A DNA stretch of 64,000 nt, from NCBI GenBank assembly GCA_035221665.1, contig CM069146.1, positions 46,686,001-46,750,000 of the forward strand, read 5' to 3'. A program made the translations under genes and the position numbers. The notes beneath the pieces were generated by a model that worked only from the letters and a program-made list of their open reading frames with translations, ran no database searches and was not told the origin of the DNA. Positions 1-12,700 of this stretch are shown here, one piece after another (positions within the stretch are counted from its first letter, which is position 1; each line of letters begins with the position of its first letter). The stretch comes from Okamejei kenojei. Lineage: Eukaryota.

Positions 1-197
1 GCTGCTTATGTGAAGACAACCTCATTGACATCTAGTCACTAGTTTGGATCTGGGTACGTTCTTCCCCTTCTCGCATCCACAAGCTTGTAAACTCTAGATA
101 AGGAAATGACTCGATTAACAAATGTTTTTCATACATAAACCGTACATAGTGTATTCAAGGTAGATTGTGCTAATGATTATTTCTAGATGAAGTTATA

Positions 198-485
198 GTT
201 TAGTTTAGAGCGGAAACAGGCCTTTTGGCCCACCGAGTACGCACCGACCAGCGATCCATGCACGCTAACACTATCCTACACACACCAGGGACAATTTACA
301 TTTATACCAAGCCAATTAACCTACAAACCTGTACATCTTTGGAGTGTGGAAGGAAACTGAAGATCTCGGAGAAAACCCAAGGGGAGAACGTACAAACTTC
401 GTACAGACAGGACCCGTAGTCAGGATCGAACTCGGGTCACTGGCGCTGTAAGGCAGTAGCTCTACCGTTATGCCACCATTCTGCC
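198..485 (-). mobile_element. HE1-like tRNA-derived V-SINE
   Basis: tRNA-like head with B-box-like gagttcgatcc, V-domain-like tttccttccacactccaaaga and (taaac)n tail on the minus strand. Confidence 0.85.
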
Positions 486-487
486 CT

Positions 488-662
488 AAGTAACTCAGCG
501 GGTCAGGCAGCATCTCTGGAGAAAAAGGATGGGTGATGTTCCCTTCCTCAGACCAGAAGAAATGTGTGAAGAAGGGTTCCGACCCGAAACATTACCCATC
601 CATTTTCTCAGGAGATGCTGCCTGACCCGCTGAGTTACTCCAGCACTTTGTGTCTATCTTTT
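488..662. mobile_element. Penelope-like-derived palindromic short element with degenerate hammerhead core
   Basis: agtaactcagcgggtcaggcagcatctc ... gagatgctgcctgacccgctgagttact inverted arms; gaagaagggttccgacccgaaac. Confidence 0.75.
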
Positions 663-1458
663 TGTACATGAAAGTGTCTGGGCCGTTCGATTAGAGGTAT
701 GACTTTATCCAGAAACGATCACCGGCACAATCTACTTTGGGTACAAAATGAATGATTTATGCACGAAAAATATTTGTTAATAGTTATTTCCTTATCAGAG
801 TTTACAAGCTTGTGGATGTGAGAAATGAGGAAGAAGGCATACAGATCCAAACTAGTAACTCGCAGTTTATGACTGATGTCAATGAGGTTGTCTTCACAAT
901 GGAGCAATTGATACATCAAGTTGACTGAGTAAAGCTGTGATTCTGAAATCTTGGAGTAGTTTTCAAACTGACTGGATGTTGTAACAGAGAGATTATATGA
1001 ATTCTCAAGACAAATCGGATTAAGATGAATTACATAGCTTTCCTCATTTGCACCTTGCCAGTGGTAATGGAACTTAGTCAGTAACCTACAACCTTGGTTG
1101 AAAACTCACAAACTATGTGAAACACAGTATATTAACAAAATACATAGAATTAGACAAGGTGCTCAGCGGGCCAGACCGCATCTCTGGAGCATATGGATAG
1201 GTAGCCTTTTGGGTGTTGGGTGAAATTTCAATAGATGTAATTTCAGATCGGACATAAAACTGCTTCCCGTAACAATTTCAGAAACGTGGCCAGGTTCCTA
1301 TTAAATTTTCCCCTCCTCACCTTAAGTAGGCATTGCCAGTTTGCAAACACAAGACAATTGGTTTCATCAGTATGCGTGAATATCAGCAATCTTTCGATCG
1401 TCTCGATCGTGAAATTTCTCCCAGATGCACTCCAAGGGCCAGGCTTCTCATTCTAGAA

Positions 1459-1657
1459 TGTGCAGGAAAGAACTGCAGATGCTGGTTTAAACCGAAGATA
1501 GACACAAAATGCTGGAGTAAATCAGTGGGACAGACAGCATCTTTGGAGAGAAGGAATGGGTGACATTTTGGGTCAAGACCCTTTTCGAAACGTCACCCAT
1601 TCCTTCTCTCCAGAGATGCTGCCTGTTCCGCTGTGTTACTCCAGCATTTTGTACCTA
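1459..1657. mobile_element. Penelope-like-derived palindromic element with 14-bp target-site duplication
   Basis: Direct repeat ttctcattctagaa at 1445-1458 and 1658-1671; inverted arms centred near 1580. Confidence 0.8.
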
Positions 1658-2196
1658 TTCTCATTCTAGAAGATTTTTGCCACCTGCTGCTGTGATCTTC
1701 GAACAGCAGAGCACGTGTGTTTCCTGACCACCTCTCACCCATTCTTGCCCAGAATCTCCCTGCGGTCCGCTTTCCAGACGATTAAAATGTTAACACTCCC
1801 TGTCAAAAACATAGTGCCATCTCCCTCTCCTTGGCAGCCTCCTCTCTCTCTTCCCTGGCAGCCGTAATGTGTGTTAGTGCTGTTTGGCTGCCACGGGGAA
1901 GTGTTCCCTGAAGGTCTGGTGTGCATCAGGCAGTGTTCCATAGCAAAGCTGTGCTAAGTCGGACACACTCCTATCTGGAATTACACTGATCTTGTTTCAG
2001 CATCAATTTTTTTGTAAATCACCTTTGCACTATGCCAAACATATTTATTTGCCCAATTCCACCAGCCTTTGTGTGAGAGATCCAATTGGACACGTGTAAC
2101 ACACCAAATAAAGGATGAATCCCGATTTTAAGGTTTGGTGGATCCGCATTGGCCCAGAGTTTGTGTTCAAAATACAGAACAGATAGTCCAGAAGTA

Positions 2197-2484
2197 CGGC
2201 ACAGTGCCACAGCGGTAGAGTTGCTGCCTAACAGCACCGGAGACCTGGGTTCGATCCTGACTACGGGTGTTGTCTGTACGGGGTTTGTACAATTTCCCCG
2301 TGACCGTGTGGGTTTTCCACGAGTGCTCTGGTTTCCTCCCGCACTACGAAGGCGAGCGGGTTAATTGGCTTTGGTGAAGATTGTAAATAGTCCCTACTTG
2401 TGGGATAATGCTGGTGTACGAGGGGTCGCTGGTCGGCGTGGACTCAGTGGTCCGAAGAGCCTGCCTCTGCTAAACTAAACTAAA
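2197..2484 (+). mobile_element. HE1-like V-SINE
   Basis: A/B-box-like head, ggtttcctccc core, taaactaaac tail. Confidence 0.85.
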
Positions 2485-2729
2485 GTAATTGCGAACACAA
2501 GGATTAAACATAAAGAATGCTGGTGGAAGAATGGCAAATGCAAATAGATGACTGGACCTTTCTGACACTTCATTATGAGGATATGACGATAGAGGCATGA
2601 GGATAAAATGTAAAAACAGAAGTAAACGCGCATAAAATGGAAGTTACAAAGATGTTCCTTCCATTTTTCATTTACACTTTAATAAAATACGAAAATTATT
2701 TATGCGTGTAACATTATAAATGTGTAACG

Positions 2730-2805
2730 TCCAGGTTCAGGAACAGCTTCTTCCATTCGGCTATTAAACGCTACAACCTCAAATAAGCTCTGAACTACAA
2801 TAGAC

Positions 2806-2836
<31 letters not shown>

Positions 2837-3080
2837 ACTATTATTGTTTGTTTTTCGTGTGTATGTATGTGTGCATGTGTGTGTGTTTGTATATATATAT
2901 ATATATATCATATATAAGTGTGTGTGTGTGATCTATATATGTGTGAATATATACACACTGAACTTTTGTTTTCCTCTCATTTCATATATTGTTTACAGTG
3001 AACCGTGTATACATGGTCTGTTGTGCTGCTGCAAGTAAGAATTTAATTATTCTATCTGGGACATATGACAATAAAACACT
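2730..3080 (+). mobile_element. Rex1/Babar-type LINE 3' end with (ATT)n and (TG/TA)n microsatellites
   Basis: aggttcaggaacagcttcttccattcggctatt translates RFRNSFFHSAI; typical 3' UTR ending gacaataaaacact. Confidence 0.6.
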
Positions 3081-3104
3081 GGCATTTCTGGCATTTAATC
3101 TTCA

Positions 3105-3253
3105 GCTTCTTCTTCTTTTCTTCTTCTTGCGTATGGCGTGCACAGCCTGAAGTTGTAGGACAACTTGTTCTATTTGATTGTGCGCGCCGGGTTGATTGCA
3201 TTCGTCGAAACAGGGCGGACCACGTGAAGGTTGCAATCAATTGACGTTGCCCA
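3105..3253 (-). mobile_element. Short Vingi/Ingi-like non-autonomous retroelement with HDV-like ribozyme core and ccatacg(aag)n tail
   Basis: Minus strand: GATTGCA ACC TTCACGT GGT CCGCCCT G TTTCGA C GAA TGCAATC ... gccatacgcaagaagaagaa. Confidence 0.65.
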
Positions 3254-4502
3254 ATTTTTCTATAAATTTTGAGAAGTTCTGCAATAATTTTGCCAAAGCT
3301 CTTCGCAATCCATCCTTTTTTCATATTGTAGTCTTGTCAAATTTTTATTGAAATTAACAGGTGATTAAATATAATTCAACAAATTATAAGCAGTCCTCCA
3401 TTGATTATATTGCACATATATTTAGACTTGCTAATATTACAAGCAAACTTGTTCCACGTGTCGACGTCTTACTGTAGATTTCCTAAACTGTGTACACATT
3501 CATAGTGTTTTGCTTTAATCAATTGCATAGTTAGATCAATGAATGGTAGCAACAGTGAGAGAACTAGATTTCAAAAAGTAGATATGATGAATGTAAAGAG
3601 AATGTTATGTGCTCAATCAATTCAAGGGTTTTCCAAGCTGAGTGACGTATTGGGATACCAATATTCAAGTCCAATGCTGTTTGGTAAATTATAAATGTCT
3701 GTAATTAAAAAGCAGAGGCTGTTTCTATGAATGATTTAGTAAGTTATTTCATGTTTTGTCATGGCTGATTAACAACATTAAATTAACTTTTTCATTTTCC
3801 ATTCTTTGATTTTTTTTTCCTCCCATTTAATGAGAAGGGCATCGTGCAAGCATTCTTGTCGATTAAACAGTTGCTAGTGTAGTGAGTCCCATCTATATGT
3901 ATCAACATAGGTGTGATAATAAATATTGGTGATTTTTTTAAATATTAATCAAAAATAAATCATCATTGTGGAAGATCCTCAGGTGGTCATTTTCACTTTC
4001 AGCTGAAAAAACCCTTCAGTAAAAATTCAAACAAAGAACAGGACAGCGCAGGAATACGCCCTTCAGCCCACAATGTCTGTGCTGAACATGACGCCAGGTT
4101 AAACTACTCCCTTCTGTCTGCATACAATCAATATCGGAGATTGACAGAGTCTTGACTAGTACTGGTGGCAGGGATCATGGGATGAAGGCAGTGGAATGAA
4201 GTTGAGAGGGAAAGACAGATCAGCCAAGAGTGGATGGCCAAGTAGGCTTGATGGGCCGAAAGGCCTAATTCTGCTCCTCGAACTTATAAACATATGATAT
4301 CCTCCATTCCCTGCACATCTATGTGCCTGTCCTAAAGCCTCTTTAATGCCACTATTGTTCCTGCCTCCACCACCAGCCTTTCTAATGCATTCCACACACC
4401 AAACACTCTCTCACCCTGCACATCCCGTTTAAAACTACACGTATAACCTGCCACAGATGTCCAGACATCCAACTGGAGCTACTCGGAATAACGTGCGGAT
4501 TA

Positions 4503-4864
4503 GTAGTAGTAGTAGTAGTAGTACTAGGCCCTCCTCGGTCATGACTGACCATGGGTGATGCATCCTAGTTTGTCGGATGCAAGCCTGGGCGATGTCATAT
4601 GGAGGACAGGATGTTGCCCATGCAGCACGTCCCCCATCTCCACTTTGCTGATTGATCCAAAGGAACAGCAGGGCCATTACAGTTTGGCACCAGCGCCGTC
4701 GCAAGAACTGCCAGAGCAAGGTTGTAGACAACGACGAACTGCCTTAGGGACTCTGGATTTTCTTGAGGTTTACTCCTGGAGCCTTTTCCATGACTGGATA
4801 TGAGACTCGTGGGGGCAAGAGTGTCTACCTTCCCGTGCAGGTCTATAGCACCTGCCCACTGCCT
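4503..4864 (-). mobile_element. RTE-clade-derived non-autonomous element (5' UTR pieces plus 3' end, (CTA)n tail)
   Basis: Shares both ends with 13506-13649. Imperfect 15-bp TSD ataacgtgcggatta / ataaagtgtggatta (4488-4502, 4865-4879). Confidence 0.7.
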
Positions 4865-5079
4865 ATAAAGTGTGGATTAAATCAACTTTATAAGGAAGGT
4901 CATCTATGTTTCCAGTATTAATTTAATCCCAATTAGGTGCAATGGCTTTTTGGTACAAAAATTAGCAATAATATAACGATGATAGACACAAAATACAGGA
5001 GTAACTCAGTGGGACAGGCAGCATCTCTGGAGGGAAGGATTGGGTGACATTTTGGGTCGAGACCCTTCTTCTGACCAAT

Positions 5080-5388
5080 AGTTTAGTTTACTTTAGAGAT
5101 GCGGTGCAGAAACAGGCCCTTTGGCCCATCCAGTCTGCCCAGACCAGCGATCCCCACACATTAACACTGCCCCCACACACACACTGTGGACAGTTTACAT
5201 TCATACCAAGCCAATTAACCTACAAACCTGTACATCTTTGGAGTGTGGGAGGCAACCGAATATCTCGGAGAAAATTCACGCGGTTACGGGGAGAACGTGC
5301 AAACTCCGTACAGGCAGCACCCGTAGTCGGGCTCTGGCGCTGAAAGCGCTGTAAGGCAGCAACTCTGCCGCTGCGCCACTGTGACAGC
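5080..5388 (-). mobile_element. HE1-like V-SINE, preceded by a Penelope-derived half element at about 4982-5077
   Basis: Full head-core-tail structure on the minus strand. Confidence 0.85.
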
Positions 5389-5464
5389 CCACAACAAATG
5401 TGTAACGCAATGTTATATTTGTTCTCTAATCTCGAGCCTCCAAATTGTTTTTATTTCATTTTAG

Positions 5465-5621
5465 CAACAGCAACCACTGGCATCCCACCACTTAGCCCTT
5501 CAGCAGCAGCTTCTGCAGGTGCAGCAGCTTCAACAACAGCACATCATGACAATGCAGCGGCATGGCTTGCTTCCATTACAGTCTGGACAGCCCGCTCTCT
5601 CTCTGCAGACGTTGGCACAAG
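5465..5621 (+). CDS. FOXP1: FOXP1 coding exon, Q-rich region (QQQPLASHHLALQQQLLQVQQLQQQHIMTMQRHGLLPLQSGQPALSLQTLAQ/G)
   Basis: Acceptor ttttag at 5459-5464, donor gtaagt at 5622. 157 bp, phase 0 to 1. Translation resembles FOXP1 [29 protein letters not shown]...QPLAQG. Confidence 0.93.
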
Positions 5622-7604
5622 GTAAGTGTCAGGCCTGGAGACAGGCCCTTTTAAAACAGCCTTCCCGACTTGGGCTCTGCAAATGGGAGCCGCAAAGCTG
5701 CAGCAGTTAAGTTGTTCAGGAGAGGGCAATTGAGCAGTGACAGGGTACACCAGCGTATAATATGAAAGCTATGAATGTGACGATGCGTGAAGTGTAATCT
5801 GTACAGCAACACATCAGGGACGCCCTTAGGTAATTCAGCAGCCATGTCATTGATTGATTTGAATAGTTGTATGTTATAGCTAGCTGTTCCTGTGGTGTTT
5901 AAGGAGCATGTTTAAAGCCTAAGGGTGTCTATCTGCAAGCCATTGACCAAAGAACCCACAGAGAGTGGCTTCAGAGGTATAGTTCTAGTGGTGCAGTAAA
6001 CTAATAGTAGTGACATTTGTCCCAGTGGAACGCAGGTTCTTTGGAAAGCAACTGAGAGTTTGGGCAGGCAGAAATACAAAGCAATTTTTTATCACTGTGA
6101 TAATAGTCCAAAACTGATGTCATTATGAACCTTAAATCAACTTTATGCTTGCTTGAACATAGCCACCTGGGTATAGAGGTACAAGGACGAAAAAGGTTGA
6201 GCAGCTATGTTTGTCTTTCAGCCAGTACTACCTGGGATTGGGAAATTGAGTTCTATGAGCAGTAATCAATCATGTTTTTCAACAACATACATTTTTCAAA
6301 GTAGTGTCCATTTTTTTATAATGAGGAACAGTAGGGAATGTGTTTAAAATTAAATGAATAAATCTAGGATAAAATCCATCACAGAGGATCCTTTCATGCT
6401 AATCTGATTAAATATAAAGCATGACAATCTACTTTCCTTTGACACAAAAGCATGTTATGAGTGAGCATGCCTATTCACTTCTGTTTTAGCCATGCAAATA
6501 GTGGCGTTAAGGTCAATTTTGCCTGTAATTGTTACCTCACTGGCAATCCTGTTCGGTGCATGTGCGAGAAATGAATATTTCTGGCACTATCATCTTTTGG
6601 AAATGAAAGCTCGGTGTGAAGAAGTAGGAAAATCTGTGTTGTGACCTTCTTCCTGCTTGATTTCCTAGTTGTTACCGCTCAGCTAAAAACTGACAAGGTT
6701 GTTCTACTGTCCTGTTATAATTTACTATTCTTTGATATGCAAACTATCTGCCCAGAACATGTAAAAATCCTATCAGTCTCATTTCACACTTCTTAACCAC
6801 TTAGACTCTCTGGAGTCGATTGCCTTATTAGATCTACACTCTCCAATGTTACTGTAATTAAAATTTTTAGCAGTAGTTTAGTAAAGATATTTTGGCTGAT
6901 CATTTTCAGATTATTATCCAATCCTTGCACCTAAAATGGAAGTAATAAATTAGATTCTGACCGAGTATTCTCACTGATCTAAAGAGCTTGAATATTTAAT
7001 TGTGATTTGTAATTAAAATATAGTTAGAACCACAGGATTTTTGCTTTCCGCTTTCAACTTTCCACATTGGTTTTTGAATGAAATAAAATTTTAATGATAA
7101 AGACAGGTGATTAAAAAATAATTACTGACATAATATTCTAATTTTGTGGCAAAATTATAAAAGGCCTTTGAATATGGCGCAAATGAACTGGTTACATTTA
7201 CAGCACATTATTTTCAATTATGCATTTTATATTTAAAATGAATGCATTTGCCATTAATGTATTTCAAAATATCTACAATGGTGAGTTTAAGTGCTCTGCT
7301 TTCAAAAGAAGGGTGAATATGGAGAGCAGTTGTTATGTTGCAATCTGTGGTAAAATGAATAGATCAATTATTGCAAACATCTGAAGAATTTACTTTTAAT
7401 TATCAATGCTAACCAAACATCCAGTAGGTTGCACTCTGTCATGTTAGACGTATTGCAGTGCCGAGGAATATAGTTAAGAATTGTCTAATTAACATTAGGC
7501 CTTGTTTACATACACTTTGGTTTTTTAATTAGTATGTGCAGAAGGATCAGCCTACTGTTCATAGATCTAATTATGCAATACGGGGCCATTACTGTTTGAC
7601 ACAG

Positions 7605-7800
7605 GCATGACTCCAACAGAACTGCAGCAGCTCTGGAAAGAAGTGACTGGAGCTCACACGATGGAAGAAAGTGTAACCAAAAATGGCAGTCTCGACCTTT
7701 CCACGAGCTCAATCTGTTCTCCTGCGGCACCACCTAAGACCTCACTACCAGCAACACTGATGAACGGACAGTCTACGGGTCACACTCCAAAAAGGGAATG
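7605..7800 (+). CDS. FOXP1: FOXP1 coding exon ([22 protein letters not shown]...GHTPKRE)
   Basis: acag acceptor at 7601-7604, gtaggc donor at 7801. 196 bp, phase 1 to 2. [12 protein letters not shown] and HTPKRE are FOXP1-type. Confidence 0.95.
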
Positions 7801-8619
7801 GTAGGCATTAATCGGACATTACTTAGCGTCCACCACTGATCCAATTAATTTGTTTTTATCTTATGTCCTTTTATAGCCCTCACTTGTCTGACTGGTGATA
7901 TGGCCGGCCATTTATCACAGCCTATTATGTGTAACGATGCCTGATTATCCTTCTAGCATTTCTTTTTTTTTTTAAACATGAAAAATTGTTCTCTCTGAAG
8001 AATTGTGTGGGTAAGTAGCCATGCAATGTTAATGGGAATCTGCACAACATAATGATCGGGACAAAGAGTGCACGGTTTTGTTGCTATTCTTTTTTCTAGG
8101 AGAAAGTTCCATCGCATTCACATGGCTTCCACCACCATTTCCACTGTAACTTTCACTGATATCATATTTTCAAGAATATACCTTGGGTTGGAAAATGTTT
8201 CACAGAGATCTAATGACAAATTTCTGTGCGCTTGAATAACTGCCCTAACAAAGATCCAAAATTCAGATAAGATAAATTGTAATATCTTCTTGCTCAGTAG
8301 GCTTTACTTACTTTCGGTTGAAGAACCCATGTTATAAACCTGCGAATAACTGATGTCTTAATACATCATCAGTTCCTTAGGATATTTCAAAGTTCATTGC
8401 AACTGGTGGATCCTCTTGGTTAAGTGGACCAAGTGGACAAAGTTGCCAATTTGCTTATAGCAAAGTCCCACAAATTACTAATGATTAAATGCTTAAATTA
8501 AATACATTGTTTGGTGGTGGATTTGAGAGAGTATTGCCCAGGACAATGGAGAAAACTCACTACTCCGCATCAAATAACGATAACAGATGTTTTATATCTG
8601 CCAACGAAGATACGCAGTA

Positions 8620-8805
8620 TATCAGTTTTTTACTCAAGGGTGACATCTTGCAAATGTTCTGCGGTCTGAAGAAGGGAATTGATCCGTAACATCGCCAATC
8701 CATTGTTCCCGAAAAAATGCCGAAACATCGCCTGACCCGCTGAGTTCCGCCAGCAGTTTGTGTTTTGTTCAAGATTTCAGTAACTGAGGTTCCCTTTGTC
8801 TCCAT
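8620..8805 (+). mobile_element. Degenerate Penelope-derived short element
   Basis: ggtctgaagaagggaattgatccgtaacatcgcc ... gcctgacccgctgagttcc. Confidence 0.6.
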
Positions 8806-8934
8806 TCTGCAACCTCGCTCTTTTGGCGACTTAATGTTGAATTAGCTTAAAAAACAAATGCCCAGAAATTAAAAGCCACCTATTTTCCATGTTAGACACT
8901 AGGCTCACAACCAGCTAATGAACATTTGTAGGTA

Positions 8935-9105
8935 CGATCACAATGTTTAAGAAACATTTAGACAGGTACATGGGTAGGACAGGTCTAATGGGATATGGGC
9001 CAAACGCAGGCAGGTGGGACTAGCATATATAGGACATGTTAGTCGGTGTGGGTATGTTGGGCTGAAGGACCTGTTTCCATGCTGTATGACTATCTATGAC
9101 TCTAT
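8935..9105 (+). mobile_element. CR1/HER1 LINE 3' end
   Basis: tttaagaaacatttagacaggtacatgg ... gggctgaaggacctgtttccatgctgtatgactcta. Confidence 0.75.
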
Positions 9106-9404
9106 TCAGCTTAAGGAATCACTGTTAGAAGACCATGAGACCAAAATGCTACATGAGCCTTTTCACAACACAGGCCTTCCCTTTACACACTGTACCCTGT
9201 GGAATGCACGCAGAAACACATCCTCATATGGTGGGGCAGAGAGGAATTTCAGGGGAAAGATGTCTGGGTTTGGGATGGGGATCTAAAAGGGATCATTGGC
9301 ATACAATCAGTGGAGAGATCAGGGTGAAGTTGGCAGCTAGGGACCACTTTAAACTGAGAAAATCAGGGTAAATAAGCACAACTTCCATTCTGATGGTGTG
9401 GACT

Positions 9405-9720
9405 GAAATACACCATCTGGTGAATCTCCTCTGCACTGTCTCCAGCTAGTCTATAGTGTGGTGTCCTGGACTGCATGCAGTGCTCCAGCTGAGTTTCGGT
9501 AACCTCCTTGCTCTTGTATTCAATCCCGCAACTGATGAATACCAGTATCTCATATGCCTTCTTAACCACAGGATCCACATGCTTGGCCACCTTCAAGGAC
9601 CCTTGGACCTGCACACCAAGGTCCCTCTGTTCCTTGACACATTATAAGACCTTACCATTCCCGACATATGTCCTTGCCTCATTGCTACTCCTAATCACAT
9701 CACATTCATCGGGATCAAAC
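9405..9720 (-). mobile_element. CR1 LINE ORF2 fragment (decayed)
   Basis: Minus-strand translation VQGSLKVAKHVDPVVKKAYEILVFISCGIEYKSKEV...LEHCMQ resembles the CR1 ORF2 C-terminal region. Confidence 0.75.
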
Positions 9721-12700
9721 CCCATCTCACCAACACCTGAATATTGCACTACATCCTAAGAGTACACTGCTAAAACTACTCTCAGCTACCAAATTTTGTG
9801 TCATCTTTGTATCGACATCCTAATTTTCTTTTTGTGGACAGTTCTATTTCCAGGTTTTCCTGACAATTAATGTCAGGCAAACTGGCCGGCAATCTCCTTT
9901 TTTAAAAAATGTATTTTGTCCATCTTGTATAGTCATTGCATTCACAACCTCTCAGTTTGCTGAATCAATCTACCCTCAGAAAAATAAAATGAGACTCTGC
10001 TCTCTTATTAGCTTTTATCTTTGCAATAAAGAAGTTCTGTGCTCACAAAGTTAGGTCCAAAATAATTCCTTTTGTTGTCAAGATGGGGTTAAATCGTGCA
10101 GAGATGAAGTGCAATGCTGGATGTGTTTTCCGTGCTCTTTGTACATAATCGGTGCATGTTCACCATTTGCTCGAGGTGATTAAATTACAGCCTTGTCCAT
10201 AAGTGGTACACAAAAATACCTGAGGAAGGGTGCCCACAGATGCATTTAGGGCTTTAGTTGCAGTCTTTACAGGCGTGATGGTGCCTGACCAGATTTCACA
10301 TGACACATGAAACTTTCCACATCCCGCACATAGTGCTTCCTTCCATTATAAATGAAGATGATTCCAAGGCCTAAAACGCCATCAATGGGCAGACTGCTTT
10401 TTGCCACCACGAGTGAGGGCACCTTTCTAAAGACCCTTAAATATATCATTGACACATGATTTGAAGACATGTTGACGTAAAAAAAAAAAAAAAATTCTGA
10501 ATAGAAAGAGTGAACCTGTTCCATATTCCATCCAACATCCATCAGCAGCAGCTCTGGGCTTTGGGGTAACGGCAATCTGTGAAGGAGATAAATAATCTGA
10601 TTTGGCACAACACTCCTACTCTCCCCTTTAATTTGTCTTGCACAAAGAAAAATCCTAATTAAATCATTTAGCGTAAAGCCCTTGAGAACTTGGAAGGAAC
10701 AATACCAGTTTTGACGTAGATTGCTGGTAAAGACCAAATATCCGTATTGTGGTATGATGATATTTATCCACTAATTTTATTAAGCAACGAAAAACAGGAG
10801 GAGAAGGATTGGCATTTCTGCATCGTTTATGCAGTAAATGGTTGTTGTTCAATTCATTTACCTTTAAGAATGGGTAATTAAATGGCTGGTTGATATTTTT
10901 TTTAAAAGGCACCAGTGAAGCTGAAAGCACATTACATTAACATTTTAGTTTTTGTTTCAAATATTGTGTACAACAGTTTTTATTATTATCATCATTGTAG
11001 TTTTAGAGAAGAAACAACATGTTGAAGATATTCTGTCGAGCATACCAGAATGGCACTGGTGGGTGATTTTACAGTATAGTATTATTGACTGAACAAAGCT
11101 GCTAGATGATTATAACAGCTGTTGAAATAGGAATAGTGAATAGAGAAATGTACACATGTTATATGACGAGTAGGAGCAGGGTAGGTAATAGCACAAGATA
11201 AAATGATGTAGAATTAAAATGAATCTTCTACATTTATTCCTCAAAGGTTCAATATCACCTTTCTACAATGCATACCTATCATGAGTGTTGAGGATGATTA
11301 CAATTAGTGCACCCCACTTATATTTATTTTACATAGGCTTTCCTAAAATTGTCACATTTCAACATTTTGCATGGTATCAGTAAATGTCCATGAAATGTGT
11401 TTCATCTTTTCCTCATTTTTGTCATTTTGATTGTTTTTAGTAACACCATATTTGATGTAAGTCATTAAAAAAAATTGAATTGTAAATCATTTTAATAATC
11501 AAGGATTGATATAACACAGTAAACCATTCACCCCTTCTTGATCGCCCTATGAAAGACGTTCTGTTTACTCCTCCCTTGCGCTTTTGTGTGTGGGGTCTGT
11601 AAATATTTTGCTTTCAAGTATCTCTCCAATACATTAAAAATCACTTCAAGAATGCTAAATGATTTTCCTATTTGTACCATTTTTATTTGTTAGGCAAAAT
11701 ATCGCATAATAGCTGCCTGCTTGCAGATCTATTTACTAAATCATAATATGTATTCTTAGTGTATAATTGTCATTTTATAAATGCTTCTTCTGAAAAAGTA
11801 TGGTTGACTACTTTTGTGAATGCTTCAGCAGTTTTTGATTGCACTGCAGTTACGACTTGTTATGCAATATATCTAAAACTAATTATATATTTTGTAGAAA
11901 GGCTGCTACAACACCTTCAATTAAATACTACTGGTGCAGCTTTATCTGCATCCTGAATGTATTTTGTTTTGTCAGAATAACGCAGTTTCAGTTGAAAAAT
12001 CTAAATAAACGTTCCGTAGCTGGAGTCAGCCCAGTCTTTGTGTGCTTTTGACCTAGTTGAATTTGTGAAATATGTTCTTGAGACCATGATGGCCAGTTCA
12101 GTCTATCAAAGAGATTTGATAGCACAGGTGGTGCTAATATAGGACAGACCCCTAGGCACTTGTAGACCAAAGTTGTACAGATTGTAAGCTGTCTGAGTCC
12201 ATATGGCAGTCTGTCCCACTCTGTAAAGGGCACTGGATTTGTGCCTGCAGGTGGATTGGTCAGTGCATTAGATGCACAATTATTAACCATTACCACCGTT
12301 CTGAATTAACAGTATTTATGTTTTTGCAGTTTGATTTACTTGATATTTATTTCCTTTTCCGTGTTTAGATCCAATTTGTCTTTTGTTCATTTCTTGATAC
12401 CCACAATTTTCTTACATCACAATTTTCTATATAAAGGCTCATTATTTTATTTTTCCAAGTAATGCAAGCTTCCAAATTAAACCTGTTAATGCTCTTGTAA
12501 AATGTACGCAGCCACTGAGGAAAAATTGATTTTTTTTTTCCCTTCTTTGCCTTTATTTATTTCAACCAAATTATAATTTCAAATTGGCAAACATTCCATT
12601 TCCATTAGTTGAGAATTGATAAACATCTGCCTTCATTTGAATCTACAGAAACAAGTTATTTGGTCTAGTGGTTTCAATCCAGTATTTCCCATTCATTCTT

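Larger units (their letters stand above)
9..898. repeat. Large foldback (inverted-repeat) element, arms about 9-197 and 698-898, interrupted by a SINE and a Penelope-derived hairpin
   Basis: tgtgaagacaacctcattgacatc (9-32) versus gatgtcaatgaggttgtcttcaca (875-898); catccacaagcttgtaaactct versus agagtttacaagcttgtggatg. Complementarity continues over about 190 nt. Confidence 0.8.

Noticed and set aside
10267-10737. Longest gap-free ORF in the track (156 aa, minus strand)
   Set aside because: No recognisable domain; it crosses a homopolymer run (FFFFF) and is antisense in an intron, so it is probably chance.
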